Below are positions 35,701-47,400 of a stretch of DNA of 64,000 bases, one piece after another. The DNA comes from Podarcis filfolensis. Lineage: Eukaryota. Under the pieces are notes generated by a model. It was given only the letters and a program-made list of their open reading frames with translations. It ran no database searches and had not been told where the DNA came from. The DNA lies in NCBI GenBank assembly GCA_964270895.1, contig OZ185440.1. The stretch is one strand, 5' to 3'. The translations under genes were made by a program, and so were the position numbers. The stretch's first letter is position 1, and each line of letters begins with the position of its first letter.

Positions 35701-38700
35701 AAAGAAGGGAATGAAAACCTACTGCATAGGAAGATAAAATTCTCTTTCCCAGTTTTCCTTCATGTGCCTATTCCTATCATACACTTCCTTCAATATTCTA
35801 TAAGATGGAGACAGAGGGCTTATTTGCATTTTCTTGTTTGTGAAAACAAGAAGTAACAGAGCATATTTCTTGCAGATGAACAACAATCATAGCTTTGTAG
35901 AGCTTGCAGTTCTCTTCCCCTACCTGTCTGAGCCGTAGAGTTCCCAAGCTTTTGCAATGCCCGTGGCAATCCCTTTGGCTGGATTATTGGTCAGTAATTT
36001 TGAGGCTTCCTTAGATTTCCCTAGAACGTTCAACACATGCCTGCAATTGGGATGCATATAGAAAAGTCACACAACAATTCACTGTACACAGCTGCAATTG
36101 AAGAGCCAACCAATTGAGATGTAAAGTACAAATGCCAACCATCCTTTATGAATGGTGCACGTGTGTACAAAGTTACTTTCGCATGCCAAATATATGTAAG
36201 CCCAGTAGTTGACAGTAAAGTCATGGCGAAGTAATCCAGCTAATGCGTCCTTTCAGCGCAAGGATTTCCACTTGCAAAATAAGACTTTCTCCACCTCTCC
36301 TCCCCCTTGTGCCCCTCCCTTCCCCAAATTTGCTGCAGAGGGCTGCGGGAAACCCTGGAACAGATTTGGGGGGGTACATGGGGGGACAGTGTCCCATCGT
36401 GAAAGAGGAAATCAAGTTATGCATGTTTACAGGTACTATAAATTAATTTTGCACTTGACAATAGATTCCTGAAAGCTATATATAACAGACAAAGCTTTTC
36501 CAAAAGGACACAACATGCTACTGTGTCTTCTCTGATTGCACTGCCCAAGTGCAAAAATCAGAATTGGGATCAGAATTCAATATCGTGAGAACCTCAGATT
36601 TCATTTTTCATAATAAATAAGTCACCTGAGGTTGTGATGGCCAGCTGTGACAAGACTCACTGAGAGTCACATCTATAATGCTACTGCTTGTGATTCTCAG
36701 AAAGGAAGGTGGAAATGCTAGATGCTAGATTACCTCCTAGGCTGGTGCAACAAAGAGGCCTAGATAAGATACATTGGCATCACACAAGAGCAGCAGGCTC
36801 AGTTCAAGATCACACACATACAGTGGTGCCTCGCAAGACGAAATTAATTCGTTCCGCAAGTCTTTTCGTCTTGCGAGGTTTTTCGTCTTGCGAAGCACGG
36901 TCAGTCGCAACTGCACCTCTTCAAGCGGTTTTTTTAAAAAAGGAAACAAACTTGCAAGACGTTTTCGTCTTGCAAAGCAAGCCCATAGGGAAAATCGTCT
37001 TGCGAAGCAACTCAAAAAACGAAAAACTCTTTCGTCTTGCGAGTTTTTCGTCTTCCGAGGCATTCGTCTTGCGAGGTACCACTGTATTGTGCTAGCCTAA
37101 CTCGGCCCATTGCAGGGGTTTCTGTTGGCTACTGCCTGTAAGGATACTGCCAATAGTAGCTTTTGCCTCTCATCTGGGCAAAGGCATTGGCCAGTGGAGC
37201 CAGGCAGAACTGGGTGGAGATGCGCATCTGCCTCATCCAAACCCCCTCCAGCACAGCAAATCAAGGTATTGGTTTGCTATGCCAATTTTAAAGTGGCTTC
37301 TGTAACATGGGCAGACATTGCCAGGTAGTCTCAAAAGCTAGATAAGGGAAGAATGAGCAGTAGGTGAGGGGGTAGGCCTTTAGCATCTTGTCCAGCTCTT
37401 TGTACCTCACCAGTACAGCAGAATTAAACACAGCCTTGGCGAAAGGATAAGACATGAAGGACCATCTATAAGCCAGCTAGAAGTTGTTTTGCTGAAAACA
37501 CACACAGAAAGACACACAGTCTGGAAGTCCTTACCGATGCACCGCAGTGGTTCTAGATGTGAGGCCTCCAAAGCTGGCAGCAATAGTGTTTATTTCTATT
37601 TGCTTTAGAGCTGGAGTGCCTTCTGCACCATAGTCAAACATGTAATCAGAGCGATTAATTCCTAAAAACACAGACTGGACAAGGCAAAAAAGTAGCAAGA
37701 AATGGAGCAGCCATCATTCCAAAGAGGATTCTATACATTATCTGTCAAGTGCCAACTGAGCTAAAAACATCTTATGGGGGAGGTGGTGGTGTTTTGTTTT
37801 GTTTTGTTTTTATTATGCATTTCATGTTTTTATCTTTTATTTTTATGCTGTGAACCATCCTGCGATGGATGGTATACAATTTTAATAATAAAATAAATAA
37901 ATAAAATAATAATATTTTGACAGTTAAATAACATCATATTTGATTACTGTGCAACTACCATATTATTTATTTAAACAAAAAATAGACACCATTTGATTGT
38001 AAACAAACAACCCTCAAAGCAGTTTACAAAGAGAATTAATACAATTATTAGTAAAATACAGTTTCAAACAACTGTTAAAAACACTAAAAAACCAAACATA
38101 TGAAATCATATATTATCATGGAATACCTGAGTTATTCCTTCTTTCAAAACTTGCTTGTAGATTTTGAAAAGCTGAGCTGTAAAGTCATCTACTTTGACAG
38201 TACTAAGAGGAGAGAAAACAAATCTTATTTAGTACTCAAGCCTGCTGTGACAAAACAAGGAAATTATCATTACAATCTTTTATGTAAAACCATCTGACGT
38301 TAATACTTCTTTGTCAAGCAATAATGGCAAGATGATTTCATGTTATACCCCAGCTCTGAACATATTACATGAAAGATGCAAGTTCTATGAAATCAGGAGG
38401 ACTTATGTCTACATAAATGTTTAAAGACCTCTTGTGCGTTGAATAGCTGACAATCTAAAAAACGGCTGGTGAGGCTTTACCTAAGGATGAAAATTTTGCC
38501 TCCTGAAAACCTTTCCCAAGGGGGAGGGGGAGGAAACTAGCAGTCTTGGAATCATGTGTCAGATTTCACAAAGCTTGTGTTCACACAGAACAAAAACGTG
38601 CATTGTAAAAGAAAGCTTTAGTTGTTCTCTAACCTTTCCTCTTCAATTAGCCAACTGCCAATCAGGCTAACAGGCAAGGGAGTTAATGATTATGAGACAT

Positions 38701-40069
38701 TTAGGAACATTGGGTTGAAACTAAACTAACCTGAGTACAAATCAGAAGTATATCCAAGATTAAGGAAGTTTAAATTCAAAGTTCTTTTTTCCTAATACGT
38801 AATACGTACCTTGCAAGAGTGCGTTCCAGAAATTCTGTGTTCCGGCTAACTTCATCTACCAGCAGGTTAAAGTCTTGTTGAACTGAATAGGCTTGCTCAA
38901 GTAGACTGCTTGGTACTGCAGATGGGAGCAGTGTAAAGGGAGCGTAATTCACCACCTATTGACAAAGGTTTAAAAATGAACGTGTCAAGAACTACCACTT
39001 CCTTCCAGTAACAAATCAGGTTAAGCCCTTTTAAAACTTGGGAACATACAGGATGAATATAGGGGATACAATACAACAGTACTAGAATGGAACTATACCT
39101 GCAGTAATCTGGGGTGCGGTGAGATAAGGTGATGTAGGAGCAGGGAGGAGAGCCACCTAAGAGCTACAAAGGATAAGGTAAAGGAAATGGGAGTGAAGAG
39201 TTCCCTTTCGCTCCATGCAACACATTGACTGGCCTACTTGCATTGCGCAAGTTCACACAGCCAGATTCCTCTATATAATATTAATTGCAAATATACCGTC
39301 ACGTGGAGGAAAGCTAGGGCAAAATGGCAAGGGTCAGTTCACACTACTGAATTTCTCCAGTTATGTTCACTGCATGAAGAAAGGTTAGTGTGAGCTGGAC
39401 AGTGCCTACAATGAACATTAGCAAAGTGATCATGTGTTGCAGGCGTCTGCAAATTGGGACTATAAACGTTGGCAATACACACGTGAACATTAGCACAGAC
39501 ATAATGAAGGGATGGGGACACAGTGAAGGATAAACACACTGATTGACAAAGCTGTTTATCCACACAACTGTATAGATGACAATGTGGAGCCAGCTTTATG
39601 TGAATTGTGTGATACATGCAATGAACCAGCAGCAATCTCCCCATGTGCCTGCCCAGTTCATACTGCATGGTGCTCCAGTGAAGGGAAAAATGGGCTATTT
39701 TATGGGTGAAAGTAGGAAACTGTCATGGCAGCATAAGGCTAGGATGTAAAAAAAAGTCTGGTATGGCTAATGTCACAAATGTACAGTGCATCCTGGTGAG
39801 AACTAGCCCCACTCTAGAATCCCAAAGCTTTCCCCTTCCCTAACAACATGCCGACTATGTTGTTACTGGGATTTTTTTTTCCAAATTTTACCATCTTCCT
39901 TCCATGGGTGTTGGATCATGAAATCTAGTTTTCAGCTTACATCAGATGCATTGGGGTCATCTTTGGTCCTCATGAGAACACCTTCAAGTAGTGCCGAATC
40001 CACTGCAATTGGTGCCACATACTGAATGAGCTGGACATTACACAAAATGTCTTTCCAAGGGGCAGTCAT
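29668..40069 (-). CDS. GSS: Glutathione synthetase, complete spliced CDS, 474 aa
   Basis: 12 GT-AG coding exons total 1425 nt. Motifs [36 protein letters not shown] and LRTK...GGVAAG are present. Exon sizes match the recalled human GSS. Confidence 0.98.
30319..30480 (-). mobile_element. CR1 LINE 3' end
   Basis: AGAATCAGAGTTGGAAGGGACCCCAAGGGTCATCTATTCCAACCCCCTG is the reverse of the canonical CR1 tail. Confidence 0.85.
30893..31082 (-). CDS. GSS: GSS exon 12 (190 nt) [14 protein letters not shown]...[10 protein letters not shown]
   Basis: tgtcag acceptor, CAG|gtgaga donor. Confidence 0.98.
31548..31989. mobile_element. CpG-rich MITE (442 bp) with CCGTATTTTTC termini (Tc2/pogo-like)
   Basis: TA|CCGTATTTTTCGCCCTATAGGACGCAC ... 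GTGCGTCCTATTGGGTGAAAAATACGG|TA. Confidence 0.88.
32052..32133 (-). CDS. GSS: GSS exon 11 (82 nt) [27 protein letters not shown]
   Basis: ttgcag acceptor, GAG|gtcagt donor. Confidence 0.98.
32177..32240. repeat. Compound (TC)n/(CA)n microsatellite in GSS intron 10
   Basis: Direct reading. Confidence 0.95.
32456..32650 (-). CDS. GSS: GSS exon 10 (195 nt) [33 protein letters not shown]...LYSMEM
   Basis: tgaaag acceptor, ATG|gtaagt donor. Confidence 0.98.
33524..33590 (-). CDS. GSS: GSS exon 9 (67 nt) [22 protein letters not shown]
   Basis: tttcag acceptor, CAG|gttcgt donor. Confidence 0.97.
34078..34177 (+). mobile_element. Bov-B/RTE LINE 3' end with (CAA)n tail
   Basis: GGAGTGCCTGGCGTGCTCTGGTCCATGAGGTCGAGAAGAGTTGGACACGACTAAACGACTAAACAAC. 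Confidence 0.85.
34324..34401 (-). CDS. GSS: GSS exon 8 (78 nt) [25 protein letters not shown]
   Basis: cctaaag acceptor, TAT|gtaagt donor. Confidence 0.96.
34990..35070 (-). CDS. GSS: GSS exon 7 (81 nt) [26 protein letters not shown]
   Basis: tttcag acceptor, GAG|gtaatt donor. Confidence 0.97.
35924..36040 (-). CDS. GSS: GSS exon 6 (117 nt) [38 protein letters not shown]
   Basis: ttgcag acceptor, CAG|gtaggg donor. Confidence 0.97.
36821..37084 (+). mobile_element. Tc1/mariner-superfamily MITE (264 bp), family B
   Basis: TA flanks, TIR CAGTGGT(G/A)CCTCGCAAGACGAA, internal CGTCTTGCGA repeats; near-identical to 51031. Confidence 0.9.
37535..37674 (-). CDS. GSS: GSS exon 5 (140 nt) [13 protein letters not shown]...[23 protein letters not shown]
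   Basis: gtccag acceptor, TCG|gtaagg donor. Confidence 0.98.
38127..38202 (-). CDS. GSS: GSS exon 4 (76 nt) [25 protein letters not shown]
   Basis: cttag acceptor, CAG|gtattc donor. Confidence 0.97.
38810..38955 (-). CDS. GSS: GSS exon 3 (146 nt) [48 protein letters not shown]
   Basis: caatag acceptor, AAG|gtacgt donor. Confidence 0.97.
39941..40069 (-). CDS. GSS: GSS exon 2 coding (129 nt) [43 protein letters not shown]
   Basis: Acceptor cctcag leaves 8 nt of UTR (40070-40077) before the ATG; donor GAT|gtaagc. Confidence 0.95.
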
Positions 40070-41772
40070 TGTGAAGGCTGAGGCAGCAGAGAATAAATCT
40101 GAAAGCATTTTAAAATAATTACCATAAGGCAGGGGAACCCAAGATTTGAAGGTGGAAGAAAAACACCGTTTCAGAAATTTATGGTAATGGAATCCTAGAG
40201 AAGCAGTACTGTCCAATGATTTTTCTGCCTGAAGTGGAGCCCCCATAAGGGTGAAAACTTTTAAAGAAATCTTACTTTACCATTCAGACAGTGTTTTCTG
40301 CCTTCATCAACTATCTGCCCTTCACTGCCACCCTGAGCTCATTGGGAGGAAGGGAGGGATATAAATTGAATTAATAAACAAATAGTGCTGGCTGCAGCAG
40401 GCTTCTTACCCTCAACCAGCCCTGGATACAAGCTAAATAAGCATCTAGATTTAATGAAGCACTATGTAGGCCTTTGTGCAAGTGTAACAACTTCTGCTTT
40501 CACAATGGGACTTTTTCCTCCCCCTCCCCTAAATCTGTTTTGAGGGCAGATCTGGAATGACAGGGAGTGGCACAATAAAGAAGTATCTCCATTTTTGTTG
40601 CATAAAATCAAGACAAAATAAATGTTTTCATGTTTTGTTTTATTTATTGCAAGCTGCCCAGATAACTTTGTATTATGGGGTAGCATGCAAATGCTGCATA
40701 TAAACATATAAATTTTATTTTCCTTTGTTACAATGCGTATTTTTCTAATGAAATAATGGACAGGCTAGAAATTAAAATGGTGAAGGTATCATTTCCCCTG
40801 CACCCCCCAACCGCAGAATGTACATAAAGTGCAGCTTCACTCTCTGCTGTTCATTTGTGTGAACAAAGCTGCAAAACAAATGTCACACTGTCATCAATTT
40901 ATCACACTGTCCTTTTGTAACAACTCCCTGACTGTGTCTGCATAACCTGAATCCAGCAGTCAACACTGTGAGGATGAGCTCCCAGAATGCAGTGTGGTAT
41001 CTATGTTTGCACATATTAGACAGGTTAGTTAGTCATATTAGGATAAACTGCATTGATTGAAGTATTCATTCGTGTTAGAGGAATCTGTCAGTTTCTGAGT
41101 ATTTTAAATATAGCTCCAAAGTGCATCTGGCAGTTGTACCTCTTGGGCAGGGCTGTGGTCCATTAGCAGTGAGGTATGATTTCAGGTACCAACAAGTAGA
41201 ATAATTAATCCCTAAGGATATGGATCTCAACTCTTCATGTCAAAACAGAACTCGCATGCTTTAAACTCTAAACAAACTCAGGCTTATGACAATAGCTTGT
41301 TCAAGAGAAAACCTGTACACAAAACCATACTGAAAAAGGTTGTTTAGCTGTAATAGTCATAATGACTACAACATTTTTCAGCCTTTTAAGTAAGCAATTC
41401 AAAGCTCTCCTAGATCGCATACACTTGTCACATGCACATCCACCCTTTCACTTAAATTGCTCAGGTTGAACCACCAAGAGAGCAGCTCTTTAAGTACATA
41501 CACATTTAGGAACATTTTTGCACCACATGCCGGGAAAAACCTGGACGTCTACAGACATTCCATAATGCATACTCCTTGTGTGTCACAAAGGTAGTGCAAA
41601 GAAAGAATGATAACAAAACCACAGTGAAATTCAACGCAACCAGATAAAATTCAAACTTTCTTTAAAATATTATGTCTGGATTATTTTAATAAATGTACCA
41701 AATCACTGAGGCAGTGGGAGACTTAAAGGAAGTGGGGGGGGGAGTCTCCCACGGCAAACACAAGGAAGCAAA

Positions 41773-41783
41773 TGCTGAGTCAT
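41773..41783 (-). promoter_or_regulatory. Antioxidant response element (NRF2/sMaf), ATGACTCAGCA, in GSS intron 1
   Basis: Exact TGCTGAGTCAT on + with A/T-rich flank (AAATGCTGAGTCAT). Confidence 0.7.
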
Positions 41784-42049
41784 TCACAACTCAACTCCAG
41801 CACGTTAGTTTACAAATGATTGTGCAGTTGGAGAAAATCTCTGTGTATGCATGTAAATAGCCTTCATATTTCAGACTAGATGCCCCAGTGATACAAAATG
41901 CTCTCTGTCTCCCCCCCCTACTCTTCCTTCATAAAACTGCCTGACAGCTTGTTCTCGCCTCCCTTTCTATGGGGCGCATGTGGCCTACGTTTGCCTCTGA
42001 ATACTGACCTTTGCCTCCTGGGCATTGCACATCGTTAGCCCCAGGCCAC

Positions 42050-43130
42050 TTCCGCCACTCCTAGTCCCTCAAGTAAGGATTAGCCCCCAAACATTTCCCC
42101 CTCCATAGTTAATTAAACGGGAATAAAACTATTCTGCCTTTAATCCCCACCCCAACAACAACCACAACTTCTCGTCGTTCGGGGAGACAGCGGGTGGGTT
42201 GGCACCACTTCGTCCTCGGCGCTCCCGCTTCCCGGTTCCAACGCGGCAGGACAGAGGCGAGCGAGTACGAGGACCCCCATCGCCCCCTCAAGAAGCTCAC
42301 CCCTCCCGCTCCCTCGCCCCGACCACACCCGCCTCCTCACATTCAAACTGCCTATGCAACCGTTGGAGGTAGCACGATGACGGAGACCCTCCCCCCTCCC
42401 TCTATTTTTAAATCCGGGTACCTGGAGTCAGTCACTCGAGTGAAAGTCCCCAACCAAGAGCGCTCTACTCTTCAGGCGCTAAGAATCAGATGGCCCTCTC
42501 ACAGATTGGCTACCCCGCCAGCCTATCGAGAAGCCGACGCGCCCTTTCCTGCTGATTGGCAGGAGCCTCACCCAATCGCGTTGGAAAACTGCAAGGAGGG
42601 GAGGTTAAGGGGAAAGGGAAGGCGGAGCCAATGCAAATAAAAAAAGGCGGGTTGTGCTATTCTACCCCGCCCCAGGTTGCGCAAGGTTCGTCGGTCAGGA
42701 GTTTCCCGGGCGCCATTTTTGAATGTAGTCGACTCAGTTGGTGTCAGGATGGGGACGGAGTGGCGGTTGTCCCTGGAATATGGGTGTCACGGGGCGGGTG
42801 GAAGAGCGGCGGGCCGTTCCCCCAACACGGAGAGGGCCAGAGCTAAGCCTCTGGCTGTTGCTGGAGCCGCGGTTTGTTGCCTAGAAAGGAAACCGCGATA
42901 AAATATTGGGCCTGGTTATAGGAGAGGGCCGTGAGACACGGGCGCCTCGTCACAGAGGTATGCGGGTGCCAGTCGCCATTGTCTTGAGGGGCGCTGGCGT
43001 CATGCGTGTCTCCCCGAGAGTCAAGGGAAGGCCCGCAGCAGGGGCTGAGGGACGAACTGGTTAGAGCCACCTGCGGGTGAGAGAGACGGGACGGGAAGCC
43101 ACCGCGGGTTGGCTGCGAACCTTTTTCCTC
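42050..43130. promoter_or_regulatory. CpG island / bidirectional promoter shared by GSS and the unrecognised + strand gene
   Basis: High GC and CpG density against an AT-rich background; CCAAT boxes at 42505, 42555, 42572 and 42628; GC box CCCCGCCCC near 42665; TTGCGCAA 42677; CGCCATTTT (YY1-like) 42711; splice donors on both strands at the edges. Confidence 0.88.
42422..42480 (-). other. GSS: Candidate non-coding first exon of GSS (boundaries uncertain)
   Basis: Minus-strand donor CAG|gtaccc at 42421 inside the CpG island; alternative donors GGG|gtgagc at 42300 and AAT|gtgagg at 42340. GSS exon 2 begins with an acceptor, so an upstream exon is required. Confidence 0.4.
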
Positions 43131-44307
43131 TGGGTTTAGGTAGGGTTGCCATACGTCAACAATTTCGCCAAAAAGAAAAGCTCAACAACTTTTGTGTCCG
43201 GATTTTCACTTTTTGAAATATGTCAACTCTAGGTGAACTGGAAATAGCAGGATCAAAAGCCTATCAGGAAGGGTGCGGTCTCAGAAAGTATCTGCCTTCT
43301 ATGAAGGTAGTCCAAGCTCTTGGGGTGAAAGCCTTGTTGCCTCATTTCCTTTCCCACTCTTCTGATAGCCATTGATCTTGACTTCCAAAAGTCTGTCCTG
43401 GCCCATGGATGCTTTGAATTATCTCCCAGTGCACCTGCACAATGCTATCCTATGTCCTTCAAATGAAAATCCCTCCTCCAACCCCGCCTTTGCTTTACTT
43501 GGCACACCGATTCTCATGCCCTAATGTGCAATGAAGCGCATGCAATTTAAACTTCTGCATATTGCTTCTCTTGTTTGTTTAAAACGTTTTTATTTCTTTA
43601 GCCAAAAAAGGCTCTTATAGTGAAGTACAAAAGATTGCTAACACTCCCTGCCCTCGGGTTTACAATCTGCCTCCTTTAGTTGTTGTTTCCCTGTGCTGAA
43701 TGTTCCTCGGGGAGGTAACCTGTCTTCTTGTACTATATTTGCCATGCTATGTAAATTGTGCTGGGAATGATAATGCTGGGAAAGATGATTAGATAGGTTT
43801 GTTCTTAAATATAAACAGCAGATGCAAGGCCCCTTAGAGAAGCAAGGGCCTGTTCTGTTTATCTCAGTGGAGCTGACACACCTGAAAAGTGAGATCAGCA
43901 GCACACTGCATAGTCTGCTTTGACTGGACCTAACCTTTACCTTTTTTTACCTTTACCTGCACCACCTTGTAGGCATGTTTATGTTTGCTGTCACACACTC
44001 TGGAAGTATGCAACCAGGCTCTTTAGCCTTTTGGTTTACAATGCAACATTTTAAATGACATTTTTAAATAAACCTTTTAGGTGGTTGTAGGGTGGTCCAA
44101 AAGGATAAAAGATTTAAAATGATAAAATTATTTTGGACCAATTCAAGGTGGTGTAGATGTTCTGTTAAAATATTGTGTACCATCCTAAGAAGGTCCAATA
44201 AAATCTACATTAATATTTTTTTAAGAGGAGTATATTCTGGTAGGTATATTTCAAATTTTGTTTTGGTTTATAATGACTGGTCATGCTATATTTACATTTT
44301 AGGTGAT

Positions 44308-44401
44308 ATGTCCAACAAGAACTCAGCGGGGTCTGACACAGAAAGTGAACATAATTTTTATTCTGACTGTTGGGAAGAAAGTCTTATACATATCAACAAA
44401 G
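44308..44401 (+). CDS. First coding exon of the unrecognised gene: MSNKNSAGSDTESEHNFYSDCWEESLIHINK
   Basis: tttacattttag acceptor (exon starts 44303), ATG at 44308, AAG|gtaaac donor, phase 1 matching the next exon. Confidence 0.75.
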
Positions 44402-47400
44402 GTAAACTGAAGACCAAACAAAGGAGTACCTTTATTCTAAATTATTAACTCTATTAATAGATAATTTCTATAGTAAATTTATTGCTGGCATTATAATGAT
44501 GGATTCTGTTAACTGCTTTTGAAAACTATAACTTTGGTGTGTTTTTTGTAATGTTCAGAAATAATGTTTTTGAGTTGATAGGTTTTCTTTTCCCCCCCCC
44601 CCCCAGACTCACTTGACTCTGACAGTGAAAGTGATCTCTATCTTCATTCAAATAGTCAGTGCAGTTTGTTGGAAAAAGAAGGAAAAAGCAAATTGAAAAA
44701 AACTTTATTGGTCTCAGAAAAGAGCTTTAGAAAATACTGCAAAAACTGCCCCTTTCTACAACATTTAGAGAACACTACACAGTTTCAAGTGGAATTATCT
44801 CCAGAATCTATATTGCAATTAAACTTTAAGGACTGTCAGACAAATGGTCAGTCGTCAAAAGCTTATTCACCCAAAATATTTCCAGATCTTGACAGGTCTT
44901 ATAGAGACCATTTGTGCTTAAATTGTAGAATCCCTTATGTGACGGTTACTAAGAATTCAGAAAAAGAACAAACCTTTTATACAATTAAGGAAGCTTATGC
45001 ATTTGATAAGCTACATCAGAATCATCCATCAACTGATTATTATCCCACTTCAAAGCAGAACAAAGCTGTGCAAGTTTCCTTTCCCTGCAAAGAAACGGAA
45101 GCTGAGGAAAATGCTGTCTGTGAATTTTTCAAACAATCAGCAATACATTCTGAAGTAGAAGAGACACCAAACAGGAAAGCTATAATATTTCACAGTACTG
45201 AAAGTATTTTCAGTAAAAAGACAAATTCTAATGAACTGGTGAAAGACAATTCTGATTACTCTTCAGAAAAGCCTTATAAAACTCACAGTCCCCAGACACC
45301 TGAGCAAATCTATTTGCACCCCAGTTCTGGAGAACTTGCTATTTCTTTGGTATTAGAAGCAGCATATAGAGATCCATCTGGTTCATCACAAGGAGTTGGT
45401 AATTCTTCAAATGTTAGGGTGGGAAAAGAAGATTCACAGAGGCATGCTTTAGCTTTTAAATTTAAAGGCCCGGAATATAACCAGTTGTTTAAGAAGTTGC
45501 GTATTTCTATTGTTCCAAGTTCTGGACACTCATATACAGAGAAGGAAAAACATAATACACCTTTTATAAAGCTGGTAGGGCTTTCACAAATTTTGGTTGA
45601 TGAGTCCAGACCGTCTCTTGCCTCCTATGCTGAATCATCTGAAGCTAGTCAGCCTCTGGCAACTCATCCAGAGCCATCTGAATCCCAAAGCTTCAACAGT
45701 GATTCTGACCAAGTGCTATCTTCACTGGAACTTTGGTCTTCCAGTGGGTTCTTTCCATCACTGAAACATTCACACACAACTCAGTCTTCTCACTACTTTG
45801 TCCAATCATTGCCATGTTACAAGGTTACCCCTGTTCATAGGACTTCTGAAGTTCAGAAAGTTCAACTGAAGGCCTCCAGGCCTGTGAAATCTGTTGTGTT
45901 TACCAAAAGCACAAAAGTACAGAAGGACAGGAAATTGAGAGCCAAACCTCATACTTCCAAATTTCAGTGGTCCAAGGCTTTGGATACTGAACCTATAAAC
46001 CAAAATCCTCAAGCAGCAGAAATAAACAAACCGTATTTTGTACCCTTAACACAGACTACTAAATGTACCTGCAGCCCATTGCTTGATTTAACTGTTGATT
46101 TGCATTCTGAAGGAAAATATTCTGAAACGCTCCGAAGTGTTCACAGAAAATATTGCAAAAGAACTGGAGGTGGCAAAGTAACTCCTAGATTTTCCTCCTG
46201 TTGCCTGCGAAATCCAAATCCTAGAAGCCATTTTGAGAATCTCCAATATATTTCTCCAGGAAGAAAGAAAAACAATTCAAAGATGCGAAACATACTGAAC
46301 TATTGTTTAGGTTGGACTGGAGGACAGAAGCCATGTGAAAACTGTAAAGGGGGTGTTTCTCCCACTCTGGATAGTTCAAATATAAAGAGGAATGAGATAT
46401 GCACTCCACATCCCCCAACTGATGGAAATTCCATTGCCTCACTTCTTCCAGGTTCAAGGAATAGTCTAGGTCCACTTCCTACTGCACTGTCTCTTTCAAA
46501 TGAGTGGAGGCATTTATCTGCTCCCTGTATGCAAACTGAAAGAGTCACTTGGAGTCCTGCACTATCCTATTCTGATGCTAAATGTAGCAATTCTCATTCT
46601 CCTTGTGCAAATATTAAAGTAGTGCAGCTACCCAGGGAAATGAATATGCTTAAAAATATAGGTATGGAAAAAATGGATTTTGGAGCTGTCCAGATGGCTG
46701 GTGGAGGCTTAGCCCCCAGGAAGCATTCAATCTGCCCATGTGGAACTATGTCTCAATGTGGCTTGTTCCCCAATGGAGATATTTCAGAGTTGGTTAAGGA
46801 AAAAGCTAGAGGAAGCCCCAGTATTAACCCGAGAGCCAATATGACTGAATTCAGCAGGGTGAATTCCCATGCAGGAACCTTCAACACACAGGAAGACTGC
46901 TGTGCTAGTTGTCATTTCTCTCCAATGTGTTATTTTCATGATCCACAAGAAGTGGCAAGAAATCATTTTACTAAAGTACAGTCCTTCTTTGAGAATGGAT
47001 GTCCTAGGAACTTGAGAGAAAATGTTGTAGAGAGAAACAAGGCACAGAAAAGAGGTGAAAGAAAAAATGTCAGCTTCCATATAGGACCGAGTTATTCACA
47101 AGTGACAGGTACACACAATGCATCACTTTCTAATTATGGCTGTCAGGCACCTGTTTATCACTCTGAATGCTCAGGCTGTTCATGCTGCCAGAATACTGTT
47201 AAAGAACATCTTGACTTAAAACATCAAGTGCTAAAGAACTGCTTAAACAGAGAGAGTGTTTTTCTAGTGGACCCTGGAAAAGGGACTAGAAGCCAGTGCA
47301 AATGTTCCCAAGAAATCCCGCTTTTCTGTGTTGACCAAACTGATATGTATAAGGGAAACAGGTGTGATTTCCATGAGAACAGAATCTAACCTTACTCAGG

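Noticed and set aside
36709-37100. Overlapping 108-128-aa ORFs and regularly spaced CGTCTTGCGA units that look CRISPR-like (also at 51002..51298)
   Set aside because: Internal repeats of a TA-flanked MITE in a vertebrate genome; no constant repeat-spacer structure and no cas genes
42194-43070. Several 63-148-aa ORFs in the CpG island
   Set aside because: Expected from stop-codon scarcity in GC-rich DNA; no coding-like splice context. Some could be uORFs.
44092-44448. 118-aa ORF starting at GTG 44092
   Set aside because: Only 44308..44401 is bounded by splice sites; the rest is intronic read-through
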